Shown in pieces: positions 1 to 12,420 of a DNA stretch of 64,000 bases. The stretch covers positions 75,330,001 to 75,394,000 of the forward strand of contig OX597826.1 of NCBI GenBank assembly GCA_951406725.2. Reading direction: 5' to 3'. The notes below the pieces were generated by a model. It saw nothing but the letters and a program-made list of their open reading frames with translations, searched no databases and was not told where the DNA came from. The translations under genes and the position numbers were made by a program. The first letter of the stretch is position 1. Each line of letters opens with the position of its first letter. The stretch is from Octopus vulgaris. Its lineage: Eukaryota.

Positions 1-78
1 AAAGGTGGTGCTCCAGCATGGCCGCAGTCAAATGACTGAAACAAGTAAAAGAGTAAAAGAGTAAAAGAGAGTAAAGAG
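1..78 (+). mobile_element. 3' end of SINE family A
   Basis: gctccagcatggccgcagtcaaatgactgaaacaag followed by a (TAAAAGAG)n tail. Confidence 0.85.
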
Positions 79-1421
79 TTTGAATATCATCCCCAGTTTA
101 CCGTTTATAACACTTGATAATTTCGAAATGTAGTTCCAATGAGGCACGCATAAATATACTTTGCATAAACTAAATTAATTAAAGATAATGACCCGTCGCT
201 TGTAGGGTTCCTGGCAATTCAGTATAATATCCAGTTCCCCATTTCAAGTGGAATTCCAACCGCGTTTCGTGGTTCGCTACCTCAACAGCTCCTTTATAGG
301 ATCTAGTGGCTAAAAACGTCATCAGAAGGAACCACGTCAGGTTTCGGCCCCTACTTCTCTACCGTTTTCGACGTGGTGCCCCTCCCCCACTTTCGGAGGT
401 GTCTTCAGCTCTGGTGTTGAGTGCGTTATTTTCTTTCTCCTTTTTCTTCGGTCTTTTGTCCTTTGGTTTCTTCGAAGCAGCGTCAACAAATGGCTGCAAG
501 GAAATGACCATCCTGCCAAATTTCCCTTTAAATACTCGCTAGTAGGCTCCTCCAGGAGCTGGCACCAGCTAAATGTCACGTGACACTATCTAAGCTTCAA
601 TTGACCAATGGAGGGAAAGGACGCGTAGTGTTAGTTTCAGTTCCAGCAGCCAGAACTGACTAACTGTCTGGTGGTACAAGCCTTCGAACCATTGATCAAG
701 AGGGTGCACAATGAACGAGATCGCTCCCTTGGCCCACCTGTCAAGCAGCAGCAATGCTGCTTAAATGCCAGCCAGCCTCGCCTAACGACGCTATTTCCCA
801 GTCGGCATGTTATGGCCATTTTGGGTCTTCTCGTTTCAGGCATATATGGAAGCTGGCTTTTTCGACTGCCTCTTGTATCCTCCTTATTACTTTTTCAGCT
901 CTGAGTTCGAAAATGCAAACCTTCTTTTAAATAACATCACCATTTTCCTTTCAAGAAAGCCTCTAGCCGCCATTACGACAGTCCACCCCTGTTCCCCTTA
1001 CTCTCCAATTAATCTCTCATACCTCTTCTCCTTCCGTTGCTCTGCATCAGGTTACTACAACTTAGTCTAGCTGGACGTCGAATATTATTTCAGAGCAATG
1101 AATATTGTAGCTGTGATTGAAGGAACAGAAAGATGTCACAGATTTATGCTGTGTTAATGACTTCAAAAATAACTATTTAAATAGAAGCATTTTTATATGT
1201 AGTCCTAATAAAAGTTGGTGTGATGGTTGCACGGTTTTTGATATGTGAGAAATACCTTTGTACAGGCCATATCTGTGAATATTCAAGCAGTATTTTTTTG
1301 GTGAGAAAATATTCCTATTTGTCAGTACTATGGAGTAAATAAACATAATCAATAATAAGTGACAGACAAATGCTACTAGAAATACGTGGACATTAACCAC
1401 AATTATTCTTCTTCTTTACAG

Positions 1422-1635
1422 AGGAAACGGGTTAGGGATTGCTTCAACGTTTGCCCGCATTGGTAGCATTTTTGCACCTTTTATCCTTCAACTGTCATCT
1501 TACGTGAAATGGCTTCCTCTAAGTATCTATGGCCTTTTGTCAGTGATAGCTGGATTATTGCTGTTACTTCTACCAGAAACAAAGGATAGAGATCTACCTC
1601 AAACATTTGAAGATTTGAAAGCATGGAAAAAATGA
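1422..1635 (+). CDS. SLC22: SLC22-family transporter, paralog A, terminal coding exon (rest of gene lies upstream of window)
   Basis: Acceptor cttctttacag|A, then GNGLGIASTFARIGSIFAPFILQLSSYVKWLPLSIYGLLSVIAGLLLLLLPETKDRDLPQTFEDLKAWKK*. This is TM11-TM12 plus the LPET motif, in the same phase as the last exons of B and C. AATAAA at 1748-1753. Confidence 0.92.
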
Positions 1636-1932
1636 AATAGTGATGAAAACGAAGAGGAATGACGATAAAATAGAAAAGAAAAACAAACAAAAATGAACTG
1701 TATATGCTTGAATTCCAGTTTCATAATTTTCTATGTTGGTTCTTTAAAATAAATAATTTTGAAAACAAAACCAAGTGATTTCGTGTTACTTTTGAAGCTG
1801 ATTAGAAAATATTATGCATGAAATTATTGTATTGTTTGTATTTAGAATATTTTGTTATACGCATGTTATGTTTGTGTATATATACGTTTGGGTATGTGTA
1901 TTCCCCTTTCATTCTCTCTCTCTTTCTGTGTG

Positions 1933-1935
<3 letters not shown>

Positions 1936-1975
<40 letters not shown>

Positions 1976-2204
1976 TATATACATATATATACATATATAT
2001 ACATACATATATATATATAAATATATATATACATATATATACATATATATATATATACATATATATATATACATATATATACATATACATATATATACAT
2101 ATATATACATACATATATATATATATGGTATATACATATATATACATATATATATACATACATATATATATATATGTGTGGTATATACATATATATACAT
2201 ATAT

Positions 2205-2255
<51 letters not shown>
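1936..2255. repeat. (TA)n/(TACA)n microsatellite
   Basis: Direct reading; source of the YIYI ORFs. Confidence 0.95.
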
Positions 2256-2258
<3 letters not shown>

Positions 2259-2960
2259 CCAAAGTTGACATGGCCCGCAGAATGTGTTCCTGGATTCTCA
2301 GAACTTTCCAGTCGAGAGATATCCACACCATTATCCTTCTCTTCTCCACTTTATACACCTTGAATACTGTTGTCCACTGTGGTCTCCCCATCACAATACA
2401 AGGTATCAAAAAAGTCGAAGCACCTCAAAGGGCAATCACAAAAAAGATAGATGGCATGACAGGCCTCGACTATTGGGGTCGACTAGAAAAGCTAAAACTC
2501 TATTCTCTCCAACGTCGTCGTGAGCGCTACATCATCTGCATGATGTGGAAAATATTCCATCAGCATTGCCCAAATGATGTTGGCATCACCTTTAAGGTAC
2601 ATCCAAGGCTTGGGCCCCGTGCCATCCGCCCAAAACAAAAATCGCACTCTCATCTCATAACAACAATACGGCACAATTATTTCACCTCAATTGGCCCCGC
2701 TCTCTTTAACATTACACCAAAACACATTAAAACAGAAACTGACCCTATAGGGTTCAAGAAGTCTTTGGACAGATTCCTTCAAGAAATCCCGGATAAACCC
2801 CCTACACCCGGATATGTCTCTGTAAACAATAACTCTCTACTTGAGTGGGCCATAGTGCCCAAATTCTGACTTGAAAGACTTCACCAGGTGGTGCTATTAA
2901 GTTAGACATGGCCTGGGCCAATAATGGCCGAAACCTATCAAAGTATCAAAGTATCAAAGT
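2256..2960 (+). mobile_element. 5'-truncated CR1/L2-group LINE 3' end inside a (TA)n tract
   Basis: ORF ...[22 protein letters not shown]...[14 protein letters not shown], with an (AAGTATCA)n tail. A related tail occurs at 4248-4340. Confidence 0.85.
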
Positions 2961-2967
2961 ATATATG

Positions 2968-3001
<34 letters not shown>

Positions 3002-3269
3002 TACATGCACACACATATATACACACATATTTGTATATATTATTTTTTACTCTGATGAAGCTCCGTGCCTTAATCCGAGTGTCCTATGAAGATGACGAAT
3101 TATATTTTCACAATTATTTATAGACAGCGCTTGCAACGGCTGCGGAAACAGCCGTAAGATTTGTTACGTCATCTGTTTGTTATGTCATGCTTTGTATATT
3201 TAAAAAAAGCTATAAATGTGGTCCATTCGATGTGTTTGATAATCCGAGGTTTTCTCCATTTTCTGATTA

Positions 3270-3273
3270 TCTG

Positions 3274-3317
<44 letters not shown>

Positions 3318-4197
3318 TATGTGTGTGTGTGTATGTGTGTGTGAAATTCTGTCTGTAGGTGTGCTTGCTTGCGGAGTTGTTAGCTAACTCCTCCTACATT
3401 GTTTTATCGATTTTGATGAAACCTGGCATGAGAGTAGAACTCATATCTGGAAACCTAATGACATACTTAGATTGTTGAAAAATCGATAATAGAGCCCATG
3501 GAAGGGATCTTTATATATAACTGATATATTTCATTTTAACAGCCGGGGGAAATAACCCATTCATTTTCCTATATTATTTGTTATAAATCAAATTGAGTAT
3601 GTTTATTTCTTAGTATTTGAACTGTTGCGTTATTTTCGCAATTTATCCAGTACAACCCTTAAACAAGTAAAGAATATTTTCCTAAAAAATAGATCCACTT
3701 ATTTAGGTTAGCGACTTATTCACGAATATACCAACACTAGCGCCGCTGCGGGTAATATTCTCTGGGAACGCAGAAAAGCCCTTTTCAGAGTTATTTATTG
3801 GGAATTGTTATTATCTCATATCTGATTAGCCTGTTATTACGTGACATGCTTCACGATTTTAGTATACATACCTTATTAGTATTTCCTCCTAATTTCTATA
3901 TTCTCTGGGAACGCATTAAAGCTCTTTTCGGGGCTACTTTATTTGAATTCTTGCTATCGGGTAACTAATTTCATGTTATTAACTGACTTCACAATTTGGG
4001 TATTCGTAACTTATTGGGAATTCTTAAAAACAAGATCCTGTGTAAGACTGTCCCGTATTCTCTGTAAATGCAAAAAAAAAAACCGGTTTAAGGGCTACAT
4101 ACTTAGTATTGTTGTTATTGGATTAGTGAAGCAACTATGACAACGGAACCAATGGATAAACCCCGCTTTTCCGGTTATTACCGGGCACATCAGCTAG
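3270..4197 (+). mobile_element. Non-autonomous Helitron-like element
   Basis: A|TC start, TG microsatellite, subterminal ccggt-tatt-accgg hairpin, CTAG|T end. Confidence 0.6.
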
Positions 4198-4201
4198 TAT
4201 A

Positions 4202-4249
<48 letters not shown>

Positions 4250-4333
4250 ATTCGAATAATCCTATCAGGTGGTGCTATTAAGTTAGACATGGCCTGGACC
4301 AATCTTTGGTCGAAACATATCTAAGTTTATCTA

Positions 4334-4382
<49 letters not shown>

Positions 4383-4609
4383 AATTAGAGAAAAACCGGT
4401 ATTATACATTTCAAACAATGATAGACATAAGCCAAATCATAAATAAAAAAATAAAAAATATTTTTATAAAACATATAACTAGATCACAATAAGTATAAAA
4501 ATGAATAATCAATACACCATGCCTTTCAAATGATCCCAAAGACAGAAATCAAGAGGGGTCAGATCAGGGGATCAATGGGATTATATATATATATATATAT
4601 ATATATATA

Positions 4610-4822
4610 CTTTATTTAAAGCAGCAGAAAATTCAACAAAACCTGTTACTCTGAGTTTTCCGTTGCCGTTCATCGGACAGTTGTCCGATGAACGGCAACG
4701 AGGAAACTCAGAGTAACAGGTTTTGTTGAATTTTCTGCTGCTTTAAATAAAGCATATTACTCTACCACTGGTATTTGAGTACTCTTTTTTCCACCTTGTT
4801 TCACATTTATGTGTTTACTCCG
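4610..4822. mobile_element. Foldback element with HHR-like motif in each arm, inside (TA)n
   Basis: Near-perfect palindrome 4610-4752 centred at about 4680; arm reads tgt-CCGATGA-acggcaacg-..GAAAC-TCAGAG-TA-aca. Confidence 0.6.
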
Positions 4823-4830
4823 GTATATAC

Positions 4831-4898
<68 letters not shown>

Positions 4899-5081
4899 TT
4901 AGAGACAAAACCACTATTTTGCAAAACAAACAATGAAAGACTTAATCAATACATAAAATTTTAATTAAATAGTGGTTTTGTCTCTAATTAATATTATATA
5001 ATATTTTACTATAAAATTGGATTTAATCCTAAATCTGATTTTTTCCCTGTAAATTTGGATTTATTCCCTAATATTTATTAT

Positions 5082-5121
<40 letters not shown>

Positions 5122-5125
<4 letters not shown>

Positions 5126-5700
5126 GGTGATTCAAAAGTCGTCATACATAAGAACAATTTATCTTTTTTATAAGAAATAGTATATAAGAACAGGTTTTTC
5201 TATTTAACAAGCTCTAAATGATTACCATTGTTTTGAATACACATTGCAACACGTTTACCCCACTCATTGTGAACTCGTAACAAGCACATCTGGTGATAAC
5301 ACATCTGGTGATAACACATCTGGTGATAACACATCTGGTGATAACACATCTGGTGATAGATGTGCAAAGGAGCTGGTGATGCGTTCCTTCAAACGATTTC
5401 TATCTTTTACCTCTCCGCGATACACCATGCCTTTCAAATGCCCCCAAAGACAGAAATCAAGAGGGGTGAGATCAGGGAATCTAGGGGATTTTGTAAACTG
5501 TCTCTTATAAAAAAATAAATGTTTCCTATGTTTCATTTTTCATCACCTGTCACAATGCGATCAAAAGTTGATCGTTTTTGTTTTGCAAAAGATGTAGACT
5601 TTGCCGCTGAAATTTAAAAAAATTTGGTCAAACCCGTGCGGTAGCCATTTACAGCCATTTTTTGTTTTTCCAGTGTGATGCAAATATCGAAGAAGTGTTG
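5122..5700 (-). mobile_element. Tc1/mariner transposon relic
   Basis: TA-CAGGGTG terminal inverted repeat (TIR) at 5121; minus-strand PRFPDLTPLDFCLWGHLKGMVY; internal 15-bp repeat x5 (5285-5358); duplicate fragment at 4513-4580. Confidence 0.8.
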
Positions 5701-6423
5701 AAATAGTCAATGATCAGTTCTTTGACAGTTGCTTAAGTTGTTTTCCATGGACCCACTTGAAAAGTTGTCCTTAATTGCTCGATGTTAATTGCACGTATCG
5801 CCCTTCACATTCATCTTCAAGGCTCTCGGTTCCATTCCAAAGAATCGGGAACTAACGTTGAGCTGTACGCACATTAATGGAACACTGATCAAACTTGTGC
5901 TTGACTCTGCGAGCATCTCCTGCTGTTTCGAGTACAATTTTGAACTCGTACCTTCAGATCACTCGAAATTTCTTTGTATTCAACGTTTATATGACAACCT
6001 AAAATCAAAAAAAAAAAAAATAAATAAAAGGGAAATATATCATCAGCATGAACCAACAGACCAAAATCGATGCTTTAAAGCTGTTTACTCTATGAGCATA
6101 ATTACTTTTTTTACAAATTTTTAAAGCAGAAGCTTAAAAGAATACTAAGAAATCACACCCTAACAGTTCTGGTATAAATATCTCATTGCAACAGTGAACC
6201 GCATGCTATGAACCACTGCAAGTGACAATGTACATCCTGGTATTAACTAGAATGATCTACATCATATTCAGAATTGAGTGGATCACAGTTCGATTACATT
6301 CGTGGTACAGGGTTGACCTGGAACTAAATAACAACACCAACAATAACAACAACTATTTAAAATGTAATCAGTGAATTTAAACCACAAGAAGGATTATGAT
6401 ATTGGCATTCTATAAATCAATAA

Positions 6424-6725
6424 GTGGAGGCACATGGCCTAGTGGTTAGAGCAGCGAACTCGCGGTCGAGAGATCGCGGGTTTGAATCTCAGCCCGGACG
6501 ATGTGTGTGTTTATGAGCGAAAACACCGAAGCTCCACGCGGCTCCGCCAGAAGGTAATGGCGAATTTCTGCTGAATCTTTCGCCACAACTTTCTCTCACT
6601 CTTTCCTTCTGCATCTTGCAGCTCACCTGCGACGGACCGGTGTCCCGTCCAGGTGGGGAACCTATACGTCAAGGAAACCGGAAAACAGGCCCTATGAGCC
6701 AGGCATGGCTTGAGAAGGAACAAAC
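6424..6725 (+). mobile_element. tRNA-headed SINE family D, tail type 2
   Basis: A box tggcctagtgg, B box gtttgaatc, 12-bp TSD ataaatcaataa. Confidence 0.85.
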
Positions 6726-6852
6726 ATAAATCAATAAATTATAAACGGGAAAAAGAAACAATTAGTAAGCGTGAAATTTATGCGAAACTAAGCAAAATTG
6801 AGCAAAAGTCTGCAATTTGTAGAGTAAATTATTTTTATTTATTTTGTTATAG

Positions 6853-6948
6853 TTTGATTTAGCGTGTAAGAAAAAATGGTTAAAATCCACATTGCAGTCA
6901 GTTTATTTTGTCGGTTATCTTATTGGATCGATTATATTTGGTGGACAG
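6853..6948 (+). pseudogene. Orphan SLC22 exon (FDLxC exon) with 8-nt deletion and GC donor
   Basis: ttgttatag|FDLACKKKWLKSTLQSVYFVGYLIGSIIFG...gacag|gcaag. It is 96 nt against 104 nt in B and C, and no partner + strand exons were seen. Confidence 0.75.
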
Positions 6949-7206
6949 GCAAGATATATTTCAATGAATACTTTTCTTAAATGCAGGCGTGGCCGTGTAG
7001 TCAGAAGTTTGCATCCAAACCACATGGTTTTGAGTTCAGTTCCACTGCGTGGTACTAAAATGAAACGATTTTAGTACCAGCAAAAAAGGAAGATATGTAT
7101 TTGAATTTTTCTTGTTATATATCACATTTAAACACGCATTTTCATTCTGATGTTTAATCTAATATCTCACATTCTGCATTTCTCATATACTTGATTTTAC
7201 ATGATT

Positions 7207-7261
<55 letters not shown>

Positions 7262-7496
7262 CATATTTATAATGTATAATTTATAAATTTTAATTCTTAA
7301 TATTACAAAGTATAATTTGTATTCTTAATTTTTAATTCGTAATTTTTAATCTTTAATGCTTAATTGTATTGCTTAGTTTTAAAGTGATGTAAAATTAGAT
7401 ATAGAATATTTTGAAATAGAACCTGAAGATGTGTTGGAATAATTGTATATCTGACGATTGCATATATGTATTTATATATGTATGTATATATATTTA

Positions 7497-7555
<59 letters not shown>

Positions 7556-7561
<6 letters not shown>

Positions 7562-7978
7562 CGCCAGCGATAATAATTAATTTTACTTTATCGCATTTTG
7601 AATTTGTTTACATATTTCTCGATAAATTTTGAGCGTTAGACAATATACCAGAAATCCCTAGTTTGTCGGGTACGTTCTGCGTCTGCGCAGTGATCTGATT
7701 AGTTAGAGAGCAAATTATTAGACGCACATGTTTCTAGTGAGGTGCGATTTCACAATAACAGGGCTCTTACCGATGAATTCTCCCTGAGTAATTAAATTAT
7801 TTTTATTACTGAAAAGAAGTAAACGTTTTTATTTTCATTTCACTAAATTTATCAAGCTTCTGTGTTTCTAGTACATACTTCGCCTTTTAATGTACTTATA
7901 TATGAATAATATATGGCTTGTGCTAGAAACGCCAGCGATAATAATTAATTTTACTTTATCGCATTTTGAATTTGTTTA
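7556..7978 (+). mobile_element. 368-bp unit with 55-bp terminal direct repeat inside (TA)n, with degenerate HHR-like motif
   Basis: 7556-7610 = 7924-7978; CCGATGA at 7770 followed by a long stem and gtaaacgt. Confidence 0.5.
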
Positions 7979-8204
7979 TATATATATGTATATATATATA
8001 CATATATATATGTGTGTGTGTGTATACAGTTGTGTATATGTATATATATTGTAATCTTCCAATACTGAAACATATATAGTTCCTTAATATTTGATAAATA
8101 TAAGTATTAACTAAAGTAGGATATAATTAATGAAGTACATTATATACCCTGCTGGTAATTTTTGTTATAGCCTTTAAGTATTATTTCGTGATGTGTAAAC
8201 TGAT

Positions 8205-8420
8205 ACCTATTTCTTTACTACCCACAAGGGGCTAAACACAGAGGAGACAAACAAGTCGATTATATCGAGCCCAGTGCGTAACTGGTACTTAATTTATCGA
8301 CCCCGAAAGGTTGAAAGGTAAAGTCGACCTCAGCGGAATTTGAACTCAGAACGTAACGGCAGACCTAATACGGCTAAGCATTTCGCCCGGCGTGCTAACG
8401 TTTCTGCCAGCTCGCCGCCT
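8205..8420 (-). mobile_element. SINE family B (ggcgagctggcagaa head; cctttcatcctttcggggtcgataaa core)
   Basis: Matches copies at 10991, 29371, 37825 and 58934. Confidence 0.85.
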
Positions 8421-8824
8421 TTGATCGTGCAAACTGATGCCATGAGTTTACTGTCAGATATACTCATTAAATCATTATTGCATTGTCTGAAATAGAATAT
8501 CCGCATATCGATTAATCCCCCCAAATTGAATTAATATTGAATTTTATCAGATACTTTGTATATTTATAGATAAATATATAAATATACGATAGATAAGACC
8601 CCAAAGTACGATATGTAGATGCATATAACGCTGTAGGGTTGCACCTGATTGATTTGGACATTTGTTTTCCCAAATTATATATATATATATATATATATAG
8701 GCTTGTGAGTTTCTCTGCGTTAGTGTCTGTCTCCCACCAACGCCTGACCACCGGTGTTGGTATATTTATGTCCCTATAAAATTGCGGTTCGGCAGATGAG
8801 CCCGATAGAATAAGTATCAGGCTA

Positions 8825-8868
<44 letters not shown>

Positions 8869-9498
8869 GTTATGGTCGATTTATTCGACTAAGATCTCTT
8901 AAATGTGCTGCTCCAGCATGGCCGTAGTCTAATGACAGAAAGAAGGAAAATGTAAAAGGTAAACATGACATTCTATATTCATCTACCGTGGTTGAAATTC
9001 GTACAGTTCACCAAAGTTTTTTTTCCTTTTATGCATAAAATCATTTTCAACGCAATAGAAGAAAATATCGTTAGAAGATGTCTGCATGAAATATAAGTAG
9101 ACATATCGTATTTCCGAATTTAAAACTACACTCTGTACATCAACTCTATGTTCGTATTGCTTTTTAACCTCGAACATATGAACAAATTTTTCACCTAGAT
9201 ATAATGCAGTGCAATAACTAGAAGTATGCTCTTGTTAATATAGTCTTGCTGGTATAATTTTGTAATTAAACTTCAGATAAAAGACTATTGAATCAGCCTA
9301 TATTTTCGAGTTTGAAACAAATGTATAATTCAAGCGGTGATTTCTAAGATCTAGTTCTGGTTATGATGTAGTTCTAGTTTGGATTCAAAAGAGATATAAA
9401 ACAATAAAACTTGGCAACTGATGAAGCATCTAAACCATGCAGTCAGAATTATTAAAAATAGCTATTTGTTAACAGCTCATATCCTAATGATATTATCA

Positions 9499-9576
<78 letters not shown>

Positions 9577-10038
9577 TGAATTGATTTGTTGTTTATGCAC
9601 TCTGACTCGGTTCATTAATTTTGTTCCTGTTTGACCGATGTAGTTCTCATTGCATTTTACATATCTAGTCTTAATAAGATTTGTTCGCTACAGAAAATAT
9701 TTTACAAACACTATTGCGTATTAGTTTCAGTAATGTCGTATATAGTAACTGCTGCTAACACAGCCGAAAGGTGGTCGGTTAACTGCGTGATACATGGTTC
9801 GTATCCTGAGACAAGCGCTCTTTTGATTTCTCTGCGTTCTTAGCAAAAGAGTTAACTCAAATAATTCAGATAAATATGAAATATAAGACAGGCATTGGTA
9901 GCAAGTGTTGTACTGTAATAAGACCTAGGTTAAAGTGTAGTTAAACCTGCTTTGGTAAATTTACTCGACATAAAAGATTCTGATGTAGGTATATATACAT
10001 ACCCCCCCCCACACACATATAATATAATATATATATAT

Positions 10039-10125
<87 letters not shown>

Positions 10126-10127
10126 AA

Positions 10128-10465
10128 GGCGCATGGCTCAGTGGTTAGAGCGTCGAGCTTACGATCGTGAGGTTGTGAGTTCAAATCTCGGACCGGGCTG
10201 CGTGTTGTGTTCTTGAGCAAGACACTTTATTTCACGTTGCTCCAGTTCACTCAGCTGGGGTAAATGAGTTGTGTCATCACATGTGCCAAGCCGTATCGGC
10301 CCCTTTGCCTTTCCCTTGGATAACATCAGAGGCGAGGAGAGAGGGAAGGCCAGTATGCATGGGCGACTGCTGGTCTTCCATAAACATCATTGTCCGTACT
10401 TGTGCCTGGGAGGGTAACTTTCTAGGTGCAATCCCATGGTCAGTCATGACCGAAGGGGTCTCAGC
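10128..10465 (+). mobile_element. tRNA-headed SINE family C (CORE/Meta-like central block)
   Basis: tggctcagtgg A box, gttcaaatc B box, gtgttcttgagcaagacactt block; second copy at 33703-34021 (-). Confidence 0.85.
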
Positions 10466-10468
10466 GTA

Positions 10469-10962
<494 letters not shown>

Positions 10963-10990
10963 TATACATATATATATACATATAATAAAG

Positions 10991-11197
10991 GGCGGTGAGC
11001 TGGCAGAAATGTTAGCACGCCGAGCGAAACAGCGGTATTTCGTCTGTCTTTACGTCCTGAGTTCAAATTCCGCCGAGGTCGACTTTGCCTTTCATCCTTT
11101 CGGGGGTCGATAAATTAAGTACTAGTTGCGTATTGATCGATATAATTGACTGGCCCCCTCCCCCAAAATTTCGAGCCTTGTATCTAGAGTAGAAAAG
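10991..11197 (+). mobile_element. SINE family B
   Basis: Shared head and core. Confidence 0.85.
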
Positions 11198-11689
11198 TAT
11201 ATAATTAATATAATACAAGTTGACAATTTTTTTTTAATCTTATATTTATTTTGTAAACAAATAATACAATATTACATAAGCATTTTATAATGTCTCCTTC
11301 TTTTCTGGAAACTCGCCGTGTACCGGTAGCTGATGGTTCGCGGACCGGCGCCGGTCCACGGACCACCACTTTGAGAAACACTGCACTAAGCTACTCTACT
11401 TTATGGTGTGTATCTTAACATTTACTGTACGTATTTTAATATGATTTTATATGATTTTATTATTATTTATTGCACAGTAATATGATTTTATGTGCTTTTA
11501 ACGGTTTTCTAGTGATTTTACAATTCCAATATTTGTGGCGGACAGACGCAACTTAAATCGAAACGACTTAAGCCGAGTTATGCCTTTATATAAGTGAATA
11601 CGGGCTAAAACTAACAAGAAAAATGCGAGTTTTTGATGGAAAAAATAAAATACCTACGACGAAAGTGGACGCAGACCGGTCTCATCAAG

Positions 11690-12420
11690 GGTGACGGCAA
11701 TACGAAATATGACAATTCTTCAATCATTCCTAGGCTTGGTAAATTATTACCAAGTGTATGTCCCAAATATTCACAAGTTAAAGGCACCATTTAGTGAATT
11801 ATAAAAAAAAAAGCCAAATAGGTTTGTCAGAGAAATGTCAGAAAGCATTACCAAGTTAAAATATATGTTAATTTCAGACTTGTATCTTACGCATTTCGAC
11901 CCAAAGTTAGAGATAATACTAGCTACAGATGCTAGCGTGTATGGGGTAGGAGCCTTGCTCCTATACAAGGATAACGATGGCAGGAGAAAGGCTATAGTTC
12001 ACACATCAAGGACATTATTGCCGGCGGAAAAGAGCTATAGCCAGATTGAAAAAAGGCCTTGGCTATTATATTTGGTATGAAAAAGTTCCACAGGTTCATT
12101 CACGGGAGACTTTTTGGTTGCAAACGGACCACAGGCCTCTAATAACGACGTACGGATTCAAGAAAGGAATCCCGACACATACGGGAAACAGACTGCAGCG
12201 GAGGGGTACCATTCTATTAAACTACGATTAGAGATTGGAATATCTACCTTCATAAAAGTTGGGGTATGCCGATGGTCTGTCTAGGTTAATTCCGAGAAAT
12301 AACGAACCACTGGAGGACACCGTAATAGCAGCGCTAAGAGCGGAAGTGGAAACAAAAAAAGTGATGTGGAACATCGTGTGTGAACTACCAGTAACTTTTA
12401 AAGAAATAAAAGAAATGAGA
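11690..12420 (+). mobile_element. Degenerate Ty3/Gypsy pol fragment (RT thumb to RNase H)
   Basis: FLGLVNYY, LATDASVYGVGA, YSQIEK, TDHRPL, ADGLSR motifs, broken by frameshifts and stops. Confidence 0.9.

Noticed and set aside
190-1070. GC-richer block with several short ORFs
   Set aside because: Probably a decayed retroelement ORF1 on the minus strand, but no diagnostic motif could be read and no SLC22 exon was found.
9415-9450. CTGATGA-agcat...atgc half-hammerhead (also CTGAAGA at about 7422, 23763 and 47518)
   Set aside because: The GAAA and stem III parts are missing or unpaired; too degenerate to call.
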